Positions 1-9,017 of a stretch of DNA of 53,751 nucleotides are shown one piece after another; the first letter of the stretch is position 1; every line of letters begins with the position of its first letter. Under the pieces are notes generated by a model that had not been told where the DNA came from, searched no databases, and worked only from the letters and a program-made list of their open reading frames with translations. The position numbers were made by a program, and so were the translations under genes. Source of the stretch: Bacilli bacterium (GTDB taxonomy: Bacteria > Bacillota_I > Bacilli_A > RF39 > UBA660); contig JBJEED010000030.1 in the NCBI GenBank assembly GCA_051872765.1, positions 1-53,751 on the forward strand, read 5' to 3'.

Positions 1-25
1 TATTATATCACTTATTGATTTTTTT

Positions 26-55
26 ATTTCTGTCTACCCAGAGGGGTGCAATTCA
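26..55 (-). mobile_element. Probable terminal inverted repeat of an IS3-family (IS150-group) element extending off the left window edge
   Basis: Minus strand reads TGAATTGCACCCCTCTGGGTAGACAGAAAT: a 5'-TG start, TGCACCCC core and TAGACA, as I recall for IS150/IS861-type ends. It is a GC-rich island in AT-rich DNA just past the glyQS stop. No transposase is visible in the window. Confidence 0.5.
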
Positions 56-78
56 CACAACAAGGAATTTTTTAATTA

Positions 79-1449
79 TTAGAATTTAATTCTCTCCTCT
101 ACAAAATCAACAATTTCTTCTATTTTTAATGTTATTTGTTCCATAGTATCTCTAAATCTAATTGTAACAGTACCATCATTTATAGTATTATCATCAATTG
201 TTATGCAAAATGGAGTACCAATAACATCTGCCCTTCTATATCTTTTACCAATAGATGCTGTTTCATCATAAGAACACATAAAATGCTTTGATAATTCATT
301 ATATATTTTAATTGCAGTTTCACTATGATATTTTTTAACAAGTGGTAATACGTTTACTTTATATGGAGCTAGGTATGGATGTAGTTTTAATACTTCTCTT
401 TCATCATTTTCAAGTTGTTCTTTATGATAGGCATTAAATAATACAGCAAGTACAGTCCTATCAAGACCATAAGTAGACTCTACTATATATGGAATATATT
501 TTTCATTAGTTTCTGGATCCAAATATGTCTGTGATACTCCGCTATACTCTTGATGGCGTGTTAAATCAAAATTAGTTCTATTATGTGTACCATTTATCTC
601 TCCCCATCCAAATGGAAATTTATATTCAATATCACACGCTGCCTTAGCATAATGAGCTAATTTTTCATGATCATGATATCTTAAATCACTTTCAGGAATA
701 CCAAGATCCATAAAGAATTTTTTACCAAACTCTTTAAAATAATTATAAAATTCTTCGTCTTCTCCTTCTTTACAAAAAGTTTGATATTCCATTTGCTCAA
801 ATTCAATTGTTCTAAATGTGAAATTACCTGGTGTTATTTCATTTCTAAATGCTTTTCCAATTTGACCAATACTAAATGGTAGTTTACATCTCATAGTCCT
901 TTGTACATTTAAGAAATTAACATACTCACCTTGAGCATTTTCTGGCCTTAAATAAACTACATTTTTACTATCATTTGTTACCCCTCTATATGTTTGAAAC
1001 ATTAAATTAAACTCACGAATATCTGTAAAATTAGATTTACCACATTTAGGGCAAGGTACTTTATTTTCTCTAATATATTTCATCATCTCTTCTTTGGATA
1101 AACTATCTCCAATTGAAGAATTTGAGAAATCATTTATTAAATTATCTACTCTATGTCTAGTTTTACATTCTTTACAATCAGCAAGTGGATCTGAAAATGA
1201 TGATACATGACCAGATGCTTCCCATACTTTAGGATGCATTAATATATCAGCATCTAACTCATAAGCATTATTTCTTTCTTGAATAAATCTCTTTCTCCAA
1301 GCATCTTTTATATTATTTTTAAGTCTACTTCCAAGAGGTCCATAATCCCAAGTATTAGCAAGGCCACCATATATTTCACTTCCTTGAAATATAAATCCAT
1401 AAGCTTTACAAAAATTTGTAAGTTCTTCCATTGTTATTTCACTTTTCAT
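79..1449 (-). CDS. glyQS: Glycine--tRNA ligase, alpha2 (eukaryote-like class II) type
   Basis: YGGLANTWDYGPLG, LRPENAQG, GKAFRNEITPGNFTFRTIEFEQME, WGEING and IGKRYRRADVIGTPF anticodon-binding domain; SD AAGGAGG; upstream T-box. Confidence 0.97.
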   Translation of the reverse strand: MKSEITMEELTNFCKAYGFIFQGSEIYGGLANTWDYGPLGSRLKNNIKDAWRKRFIQERNNAYELDADILMHPKVWEASGHVSSFSDPLADCKECKTRHRVDNLINDFSNSSIGDSLSKEEMMKYIRENKVPCPKCGKSNFTDIREFNLMFQTYRGVTNDSKNVVYLRPENAQGEYVNFLNVQRTMRCKLPFSIGQIGKAFRNEITPGNFTFRTIEFEQMEYQTFCKEGEDEEFYNYFKEFGKKFFMDLGIPESDLRYHDHEKLAHYAKAACDIEYKFPFGWGEINGTHNRTNFDLTRHQEYSGVSQTYLDPETNEKYIPYIVESTYGLDRTVLAVLFNAYHKEQLENDEREVLKLHPYLAPYKVNVLPLVKKYHSETAIKIYNELSKHFMCSYDETASIGKRYRRADVIGTPFCITIDDNTINDGTVTIRFRDTMEQITLKIEEIVDFVEERIKF

Positions 1450-1469
1450 AAAAATACCTCCTTAAAATA

Positions 1470-1583
1470 AAAAAACTCTAGACTAATATAAGGGTCCATT
1501 AGGACGGTTCCACCTTATTTATTCTAGAAGAATCACTTTAAATTTATAGCCTAAGTGCTTTACCATAACACTATCTTCGCTTT
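1470..1583 (-). promoter_or_regulatory. T-box riboswitch (Gly), compact
   Basis: Antiterminator AUAAGG[UGGAACC]GUCC-UAAU-GGAC-CCUUAU (1518-1488); Stem III AUUCU-UCU-AGAAU; short Stem I AGUGUU-AUGGUAA-AGCACU with a GGU Gly codon in its loop; U7 tract at 1475-1469; lies upstream of glyQS. Confidence 0.85.
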
Positions 1584-1589
1584 AAATAA

Positions 1590-1618
1590 ATACTAACACA
1601 ATTTATTTTTTATATCAA
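1590..1618 (-). promoter_or_regulatory. Sigma-A promoter of the glyQS leader
   Basis: TTGATA (1618-1613), 17 nt, TAGTAT (1595-1590) preceded by TGn. Confidence 0.7.
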
Positions 1619-1637
1619 CACATTTTTGTTAAAAAAA

Positions 1638-2207
1638 TTATTTTAAACTTAAGTTATAACTTTTCGTAGTTTTTACAATAGCCGCATTAATTACATCTTC
1701 ATATAATTTTTTAATCTTTTCAACTAATATCATTCTTTTCATTTCACTTATATTACTTGAATCTAATTCATTTAATCCTCTATTTATACTATATCCTTTT
1801 AAATATTTAGATATTAATTTAATAATATAATCTAATTCTACATCTACTAAAATTACATTATCGCTCTTACTATCACAATATGCATATAAATTTTCTCCAA
1901 ATGTAACAAGTTCTTTACTAAATACTGGTTTTATGATACTAGTATTATTACTAACATATTCATTATATCCGTTTATTACTAATGAGTAACTCTTAATATT
2001 TTCTGGTAGTATAGAATGGAAATCTATACTCTGATTTAATATATCAACTGCCGTATTATCAAATTGTGATAATATTCCTTCATTAGACATATGTGGTCTA
2101 TTGATTATTGGTGTGCAAAAATACTTTCCATTATTATAATTTAATCTTGTAGTATTTCCCTTTTCATCATGACATAATACTTCTAATTTTATAATTCTTT
2201 TTATCAT
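1638..2207 (-). CDS. Hypothetical protein (189 aa)
   Basis: Open frame with a purine-rich SD and its own promoter (TTGCTT-17-TATAAT, 2271-2243); no recognised motif. Confidence 0.75.
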   Translation of the reverse strand: MIKRIIKLEVLCHDEKGNTTRLNYNNGKYFCTPIINRPHMSNEGILSQFDNTAVDILNQSIDFHSILPENIKSYSLVINGYNEYVSNNTSIIKPVFSKELVTFGENLYAYCDSKSDNVILVDVELDYIIKLISKYLKGYSINRGLNELDSSNISEMKRMILVEKIKKLYEDVINAAIVKTTKSYNLSLK

Positions 2208-2289
2208 TTTCTTTTTTCCTTTCTACATAAAAAAACTTGCATATTATAACACAATATATGTAAAAAAGCAAACATTTATTACTAAAATT

Positions 2290-2312
2290 AAAAAAGCACA
2301 TAATTGTGCCTT
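2290..2312 (-). terminator. Intrinsic terminator after the 690-aa phosphoesterase gene
   Basis: GGCACA-AUUA-UGUGCU followed by a U tract. Confidence 0.75.
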
Positions 2313-2328
2313 AAAATACTATTAAAAA

Positions 2329-4401
2329 TTATTTTTTTATTGATAATACTTTATTTCTAATACATTTTTTTGGATTTTCCCAATCATTTTTTCTTACATC
2401 TTCACTACTGAATATCATAGGTTCTGTATTTATGTATTGTATATCACCATTTTCATCATACCAAATAGTTACAAAATAATCTCCCATTAAATTAGGAATC
2501 TCTTGTTTCATCATAAATGATGATTGATCAACATTACATGGACAAAGTAATAAATGCACATTTCTATATAACATATAATATACTTTATGATAATGACCTC
2601 TAAGCGATAAATTAGGTTTTGTTCTAGATGGTATTTGATCTATTCCATTTTGTGGCTTTGTTGATAATATTCTTGATGTTCCACCTCCTGGGTGAAATAA
2701 TTCTATTACACAATTATCATAATATACATATGCTCTATCTTGCCCTAGATATTCAAAATCACTACGCCTTTTAGCTAATTCTTCACCAAATATAAAAGGT
2801 CCATAATTAAATGAGTGACTTTGATCATGACTACCACAAATACCTTTCCACTTCATACCAGGATATTTTGGTAATACTTTAGCAGTATAATCAACTTGAC
2901 CAGTTGCTCCCCATAAAAATACTTCATTTACATGATTAGGTCTTACTTTAGAATAATCTCCATCAGATATATCACCTATATGATACATATCGGTAATACC
3001 TCTATTATATGCTTCATAAGCAAATGTATTTACCATACTAGGTTGACACCATATACTACCATAATGAGTATCTGATACTACTCCAAATTGTTTCATAGTC
3101 AACTCTTCTTTTGGAGGTTTAACTTCATAGTGTCTTCTTCTTTGAAAATTCTTTCTAACTACAAGTTCATTATCAATATCAACAACTTCTATCTGCCTAC
3201 CATAAAGTTGTAACATATCAATAATTCCATATAATTCATTTCCAGATATTCCAAGTCTATTTTTAAGTGATTCAAAACTCTCTTCTTTTTTAATATTTTT
3301 ATATAATTTATCTAAAGTTTTAAATAAATCACTTTGACTCTTACCACTATTTTTAGATAATACTAATTGATAATCATCACTATCTTTTTTTAATTCAAGA
3401 GGCATAACAGTTAAATAGTTTTCTTTACTTGGAGTATAATATGGTGATAATGTTGAATTTAATCTTTTTAATTTACCTGCTTTATTATATTCTATTTCAA
3501 ATTCATAAGCACCCATAGTATTTTGTTGTGATGCAGCTTTCATTTTTGGAGTTCTTTCTACTACAGATGGTATAGCAAACATTCTTGTATCTCTAATTTG
3601 AGGAAATTCTTGAGCAGTTAGCGTTCCACCTAAGAATATTAAATCATAGTCTTCATAACTAGACATGCTTCTACTATATTTTTGAGGAGGATAAGCTATT
3701 GTATAAGATTCTCCAGACTTCTTTAAAGACTCTAATTTGATTGATACATTATTAAATTTAACTGTACAACTCTTAGGACCTAAATAAGTCATATCTTCTC
3801 TATTTTTATCTATATACTCACCAATATTTAAATCTTTAGCCCAACTATGATCAGTATCTCCAGTTATAAATAAAGTTTGTATTCCTTCAACCTTAGGAAA
3901 ATATTCTATTAAATGATCAGCTTGAGTATATCCATCATTACTAATTAAACTTTGACCATAAATATTTTCATCTGATTTTTTATATTTTCCCTCTACTAAG
4001 TTACCAGTAATAATAACATATTTAACTCCATCCCTAGCAAACTTTTTATACATGTCATTAAGCATAGATATTTGTTCATTTTTAGAGCCAAATCTAAGAT
4101 CAGATATAACTCCTATTTTTGTAGTTGAATTTATATCTTCTTCAATATTAAATGTAGACTCTTTAGTATAATCTGGATGATTATTAATTGATATTTCAGT
4201 GTTATTACCTTTATCCATTACTGAAATATTAACACCACTATCCTTTAACTTTTTAATATAGCCAAATAAATTAAAAGGTGAAATATTTAAACTTTCACAT
4301 AAAGTATTAACTGTACATGTTTTTTGTAATTTTTCTTTTAAAATATCAAGAATTTCATCATCACTATATACTATAGTCTCTTTTTGTTCATTTTCTTTCA
4401 T
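2329..4401 (-). CDS. Tandem (wHTH + calcineurin-like metallophosphoesterase) x2 protein; N-terminal module degenerate
   Basis: C-module has D444TH446, G476DISD480, G523SHD526, H570PGGG and G602HYH605. N-module equivalents are D101LR, G133NLVE, G181DTD, S225 and G258GTL. Each module is preceded by an approximately 60-aa wHTH-like segment. Confidence 0.85.
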   Translation of the reverse strand: MKENEQKETIVYSDDEILDILKEKLQKTCTVNTLCESLNISPFNLFGYIKKLKDSGVNISVMDKGNNTEISINNHPDYTKESTFNIEEDINSTTKIGVISDLRFGSKNEQISMLNDMYKKFARDGVKYVIITGNLVEGKYKKSDENIYGQSLISNDGYTQADHLIEYFPKVEGIQTLFITGDTDHSWAKDLNIGEYIDKNREDMTYLGPKSCTVKFNNVSIKLESLKKSGESYTIAYPPQKYSRSMSSYEDYDLIFLGGTLTAQEFPQIRDTRMFAIPSVVERTPKMKAASQQNTMGAYEFEIEYNKAGKLKRLNSTLSPYYTPSKENYLTVMPLELKKDSDDYQLVLSKNSGKSQSDLFKTLDKLYKNIKKEESFESLKNRLGISGNELYGIIDMLQLYGRQIEVVDIDNELVVRKNFQRRRHYEVKPPKEELTMKQFGVVSDTHYGSIWCQPSMVNTFAYEAYNRGITDMYHIGDISDGDYSKVRPNHVNEVFLWGATGQVDYTAKVLPKYPGMKWKGICGSHDQSHSFNYGPFIFGEELAKRRSDFEYLGQDRAYVYYDNCVIELFHPGGGTSRILSTKPQNGIDQIPSRTKPNLSLRGHYHKVYYMLYRNVHLLLCPCNVDQSSFMMKQEIPNLMGDYFVTIWYDENGDIQYINTEPMIFSSEDVRKNDWENPKKCIRNKVLSIKK

Positions 4402-4542
4402 TAAATCCTCCCTGATATAAGATAATAAATTGTTTTATTTTACTATTTTTATCATAACTCTAAATTAATAATATTATAATAAAATTAAAAAATCAACAAA
4501 AAAACATTATTTTTATAAATATATTTTTGTCAATATTTTTTA

Positions 4543-5142
4543 TTACTTTTTTATATATAAATTACAAGGAGTAAAAGTTTTTCTATGTTCTTTTAATAAA
4601 CCATATTTTTTAATAGCCTCTATATGTTTTTTAGTTCCATATCCTTTATTTTTATCAAGATCATATTCTGGATGTATACGAGCAAGTTCTATCATTTGTC
4701 TATCTCTTGTTACTTTAGCAATTATTGATGCTGCTGCAATACTTTGACTCTTGGCATCTCCTTTTATTATTGATGTACTTGGAATATCTAAATCAAGTTT
4801 AACTGCATCTATTAATACATGTTCAGGTTTTATACTACAATTATCTATAGCTTGCATCATTGCTCTTTTAGTAGCCTGTAATATATTTATTTCATCAATA
4901 ACATCTTCACTTGACTCTCCAATTCCAACACTAATAGCATTTTCCATAATGACATCATATAACATTTCCCTTTTTTTCTCAGATAACTTTTTGGAATCTT
5001 TTATCTCTTCATTATAATAATCTTTTGGTAATATTACACAAGCACATACTACATTTCCAATTAAGGGACCTCTTCCTACTTCATCAACACCAGCTATATA
5101 TTTTATTCCTTTATCATATAATTCATTTTCATATTCTTTCAT
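4543..5142 (-). CDS. rnhB: Ribonuclease HII
   Basis: [48 protein letters not shown]. Confidence 0.96.
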   Translation of the reverse strand: MKEYENELYDKGIKYIAGVDEVGRGPLIGNVVCACVILPKDYYNEEIKDSKKLSEKKREMLYDVIMENAISVGIGESSEDVIDEINILQATKRAMMQAIDNCSIKPEHVLIDAVKLDLDIPSTSIIKGDAKSQSIAAASIIAKVTRDRQMIELARIHPEYDLDKNKGYGTKKHIEAIKKYGLLKEHRKTFTPCNLYIKK

Positions 5143-5181
5143 AATACTTCTCCATGTATTATTTTACCACAAAAAAAGAGT

Positions 5182-6369
5182 TTATTTTAAACTCTTTTGA
5201 TATACATTTTTTATTCTATTTATTTCACCTAAAACACTTTCCAAATTTACTTCAATAATATTTAAATTTATTCTATCATTTAATACGCCAGATAATTTTA
5301 ATTCAATACTAGCAGTTACTATAAAACTAAGTAAGTCTTTAAAATGACTATTTTCTAGCTTACTTTGATCTATATCATTATTTAAAACAAATAATAAATA
5401 TAATTTAGCAAAATCAGACAATATATTAATACCATTTTTAATATCAATCTCATTTTGATAATGTAAAAATATATCACATAAATAATCTATATTATCAAAA
5501 TCTAAATCAGACTTTCCATTTAAAAAATCATCTATTGATTTCTTTAAAACATTATCATCATCGGTAATATTTCTAAATAAGATATCAAATATAAGTTTCT
5601 TTTTAAATGATTTTATTTTAGGAAGACCAATTAATGCATTTGAACCCTCTACATTAAAATTATTAAGCATTTCATCAAAGTATTCTTTTCGTTTATTATA
5701 TAAATCCTCGTTTTTTTCTTTTAAAATAGTTAAGTAATATTCAATATCTGCGATTGTTGATAGTTCTTCACTTATAACTTCTAATTTTTCCTTTTCTTTA
5801 AATTCTCCATCAAAAACATTATTCTTATATAACTTTATCATTTCATCTTTATTTAAGTGTTTTTTTAAATATTTTTCTACAGTATTATAGTCTGCTACTA
5901 TATGATCATCATATACAAATGTTTCAACTTTAAGCATTCCAGGAAATTTAAATACTAAATTAGTGTAATAATTTAGATTAGAATTACGCCAAATACTTTC
6001 GGCTTCCATATATTTTTTATAACCAATTGGAAAAATAAGTCCAGTTGATATTTCTTTTGCATAAACTATACCATCATCTCTAACTATTTCTTCATATACA
6101 ATTTTTACAAACTTGCCCTCATTAACAACTTGTGCGTTTGAAGATATATCTAAAAATCCTCTCATTATTTCATTAAATTCATCTTTTCCCTGTAAATCAA
6201 AGCCATAGTTAAACGTTTCTACTATATTTTTATATCTTACTCGTGTTGAGGTGTCTATTAAACCTAGATAATGTTTTTTATTAACAATGCCTTTAACATC
6301 AGAATCATTTATAGACATACTATTCTGCCCTGATAATGAATATAGTTGTCCAATATAATATATTTTCAT
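5182..6369 (-). CDS. Hypothetical protein (395 aa)
   Basis: Long ORF with SD AAAGGAAG and an upstream -10 TATAAT (6399-6394); no recognised motif. Confidence 0.75.
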   Translation of the reverse strand: MKIYYIGQLYSLSGQNSMSINDSDVKGIVNKKHYLGLIDTSTRVRYKNIVETFNYGFDLQGKDEFNEIMRGFLDISSNAQVVNEGKFVKIVYEEIVRDDGIVYAKEISTGLIFPIGYKKYMEAESIWRNSNLNYYTNLVFKFPGMLKVETFVYDDHIVADYNTVEKYLKKHLNKDEMIKLYKNNVFDGEFKEKEKLEVISEELSTIADIEYYLTILKEKNEDLYNKRKEYFDEMLNNFNVEGSNALIGLPKIKSFKKKLIFDILFRNITDDDNVLKKSIDDFLNGKSDLDFDNIDYLCDIFLHYQNEIDIKNGINILSDFAKLYLLFVLNNDIDQSKLENSHFKDLLSFIVTASIELKLSGVLNDRINLNIIEVNLESVLGEINRIKNVYQKSLK

Positions 6370-6424
6370 AAATATTACTTCCTTTGGTTAGTTATTATAA
6401 CAAAAGTTATATCAAAAGTAAAAT

Positions 6425-6449
6425 AAAAGAGTTCATTAAATGAACCCTT
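6425..6449 (-). terminator. Intrinsic terminator of the cotY/Z-like gene
   Basis: GGGUUCAU-UUA-AUGAACUC-UUUU. Confidence 0.7.
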
Positions 6450-6459
6450 AATTTCTTTA

Positions 6460-6891
6460 CTATACACAATCTACATATGTATCATTTAAGCATCTAATAC
6501 TACATAAACATTTACTATCCATAGTAAATAGAGAATCAGTTGCTACATAAGGATAACTACTTGTTGTATCAGGATTTGGTGCTAATACCCTAAAAGTTGC
6601 ACATCCACAATCTATTTTTTCTACTCTAAATACTGAACTAGTAGTATCTGTTTCACTTCTACTAATTGGCATACTCCAAGGTGTACCATTACCACAACAA
6701 GTATATAACATAATAGGTCTTGTATTACAAATTACACAGTTAGGTCCACCACCAAGTGCAGGTCTATCACAAGATAATAAACAATTATCAGGACAAGCAT
6801 TTGACTGCAATACATTTATTACTTGTAATATCTCTATAATACAATTTTGACTATTATTCCTATCATTATTATTATTACACATATAATCCAC
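6460..6891 (-). CDS. cotZ: CotY/CotZ-family cysteine-rich spore coat (crust) protein
   Basis: CIIEILQVINVLQ, NTRP, FRVEKIDCGCATFRVL and DSKCLCSIRCL match the B. subtilis CotZ/CotY pattern; very Cys-rich; SD AAGGAG. Confidence 0.85.
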   Translation of the reverse strand: MDYMCNNNNDRNNSQNCIIEILQVINVLQSNACPDNCLLSCDRPALGGGPNCVICNTRPIMLYTCCGNGTPWSMPISRSETDTTSSVFRVEKIDCGCATFRVLAPNPDTTSSYPYVATDSLFTMDSKCLCSIRCLNDTYVDCV

Positions 6892-6913
6892 TCCTTTTAT
6901 TTATATTCATTAA

Positions 6914-6959
6914 TAAGTTATGAATTATATTTTATTTTAGTGACATTATTAGCCTATTT
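6914..6959 (-). promoter_or_regulatory. Sigma-K-like promoter with upstream GerE-like box
   Basis: CAC (6942-6940), 17 nt, CATAACTTA (6922-6914) fits AC-N16/17-CATAnnnTA. AAATAGGCTAAT (6959-6948) fits the RWWTRGGY core of the GerE consensus. Confidence 0.6.
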
Positions 6960-7029
6960 TAATTACAACTATATTTTTTTTATAAAAAAAGTAAACTCAT
7001 TAAACAAAGTTTACTTTTCATTAATATAA

Positions 7030-7902
7030 TTATTTAATTTGACTCATTACTTCTTCAGCAAAGTTATCATTTCTTTTTTCCATACCTTCGCCTACTTCAA
7101 ATTTAATAAGATCAACTAATTTACATTTGTTATTTTCTAGATAACCTTTAACACTAAGACTAGAATCTTTAATAAATGCTTGTTCTTCTAAAACAGTTTC
7201 TTCATAGAATTTTCTAATTCTTCCTTCTACTATTTTATCAGCAAATTCAGGCTTTTTACCTTCATTAATTACTTGTTCTTTAATAACACTCTTTTCATGT
7301 TCTAAGTCTTCTTCTGGTACACTTTGAATACTAACATAAAGTGGTCTCATAGCTGCTGCTTGCATTGCTACATCCTTAGCTACTTCTTCATTATCTCCAT
7401 CAACTATTGTTAATGAAGCAATTTTTCCACCCATATGTAAGTATGAACCAAATACTTGGCTATCTTCTTTAGTAACTTTTTCTATTCTTCTAAGACTAAT
7501 TTTTTCACCAATCTTAGCAGTAGCATTAATAATTAAGTCATTAATAGTTTCATTTCCAACTTTAATATTTAATGCATCTTCTAACTTAGTTACATCACTT
7601 GATAATATTGCATTACCAATTGTATTTAATAATTCTTTAAATTCTGAGTTCTTAGCAACAAAATCAGTTTCACTATTAAGTTCAATAACAACTGCATTGT
7701 TACCATCAATATAAATATTAGATAAACCTTCAGCAGCGATTCTCTCAGCTTTTTTAGCAGCTTTAGAAATTCCTTTTTCTCTTAAATAATCGATTGCTTT
7801 ATCCATATCCCCATTTGTTTCAACTAGGGCTTTCTTGCAATCCATCATCCCTGCTCCAGTTCTTTCTCTTAGGTCTTTAACCATACTTGCACTAATATCC
7901 AT
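7030..7902 (-). CDS. tsf: Elongation factor Ts
   Basis: VKDLRERTGAGMMDCKKAL, AAEGL, ELNSETDFVAKN. Confidence 0.98.
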   Translation of the reverse strand: MDISASMVKDLRERTGAGMMDCKKALVETNGDMDKAIDYLREKGISKAAKKAERIAAEGLSNIYIDGNNAVVIELNSETDFVAKNSEFKELLNTIGNAILSSDVTKLEDALNIKVGNETINDLIINATAKIGEKISLRRIEKVTKEDSQVFGSYLHMGGKIASLTIVDGDNEEVAKDVAMQAAAMRPLYVSIQSVPEEDLEHEKSVIKEQVINEGKKPEFADKIVEGRIRKFYEETVLEEQAFIKDSSLSVKGYLENNKCKLVDLIKFEVGEGMEKRNDNFAEEVMSQIK

Positions 7903-7911
7903 AATTTCCTC

Positions 7912-8862
7912 CTAATTTAATGATGAAATTAATTCATCTTTTTTCATTGTAGAATATCCACTAACACCAGCTTCTTTAGCTAATTTTCTAAGTTCTGCAA
8001 CTGTCATTTCAGAATAATCTACATTTTCTTTTGATTCATTATCAGCATTTTCTGATTTTGCAGTTTTATCTTCTTTTACTTCTTCAGTAAAATCATCAAG
8101 TTCTACAACTTTAGTTTCAACTTTGATTTCTTTTCCTGCTTTAGTAGCATTTTCATCTTCAGTAACATAATCCACTAATTCTAATCCATTTGCTTCACAA
8201 ACAGCATTAGCAAGTACACCAAGAACTACTTTAACGCTTCTAACAGCATCATCATTAGCTGGAATTGCATAATCAACATCATCTGGATCACAGTTAGTAT
8301 CAACAATTCCAAATACTGGTATATGTAATCTTCTTGCTTCTTTAATAGCATTTATTTCTACACGAGGATCAACAACTATTATAGCCTTAGGTAATGTTTG
8401 CATATCTCTAATACCTGATAATAATTTGTTTAATCTTTCATATTCTTTTTGGATTTTAGCAACTTCTTTTTTAGGAAGTAATTCAAACTTACCATCACTT
8501 TCCATTTTTTCAATTTCGATTAGTCTTTTAACTCTATCTCTAATTGTTCTAAAATTAGTTAAAGTTCCTCCTAACCATCTTTCAGTTACATAAAAACTCT
8601 TACATCTTGTAGCTTCTTCAATACTAGCATCTTTAGCTTGTTTCTTAGTACCTACAAAAAGAACCTTACCACCATTTTCACATGCTTTAAGAAGTTCAGC
8701 GTAAGCTTCTTCTATTTTATCAACAGTTTTTTGTAAATCAATAATATGAATATCATCTCTTGTAGTAAAGATATATTCTTTCATTTTAGGATTCCATCTT
8801 TTAGCTTGATGACCAAAGTGAACTCCTGCTTCTAATAAATAACTTTTTGCAATTACTGCCAT
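7912..8862 (-). CDS. rpsB: 30S ribosomal protein uS2 with C-terminal acidic linker and Rho_N-like domain
   Basis: [41 protein letters not shown]; C-terminus [30 protein letters not shown]. Confidence 0.98.
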   Translation of the reverse strand: MAVIAKSYLLEAGVHFGHQAKRWNPKMKEYIFTTRDDIHIIDLQKTVDKIEEAYAELLKACENGGKVLFVGTKKQAKDASIEEATRCKSFYVTERWLGGTLTNFRTIRDRVKRLIEIEKMESDGKFELLPKKEVAKIQKEYERLNKLLSGIRDMQTLPKAIIVVDPRVEINAIKEARRLHIPVFGIVDTNCDPDDVDYAIPANDDAVRSVKVVLGVLANAVCEANGLELVDYVTEDENATKAGKEIKVETKVVELDDFTEEVKEDKTAKSENADNESKENVDYSEMTVAELRKLAKEAGVSGYSTMKKDELISSLN

Positions 8863-8869
8863 ATTTCTT

Positions 8870-8965
8870 CTCTCCTTTCGTTTTTTCTTCTGCCTATCTT
8901 TAAATTAATATTCACTTAAAATATTTTAAGCACTAGAATATTAAATCAATAGACATGTTTTTTTC
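8870..8965 (-). promoter_or_regulatory. rpsB (S2) autoregulatory leader
   Basis: Nested stems GUCUAU/AUAGGC, UUAAUAUUC/GAAUAUUAA and CUUAAAA/UUUUAAG with UGAU, GUGC and AGAAG elements, arranged like Firmicutes rpsB leaders. Confidence 0.6.
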
Positions 8966-9017
8966 TTAAAGCCAACTTATTTTAGCACAAAATTATATAA
9001 AAAAAAAGAGTTTTATG

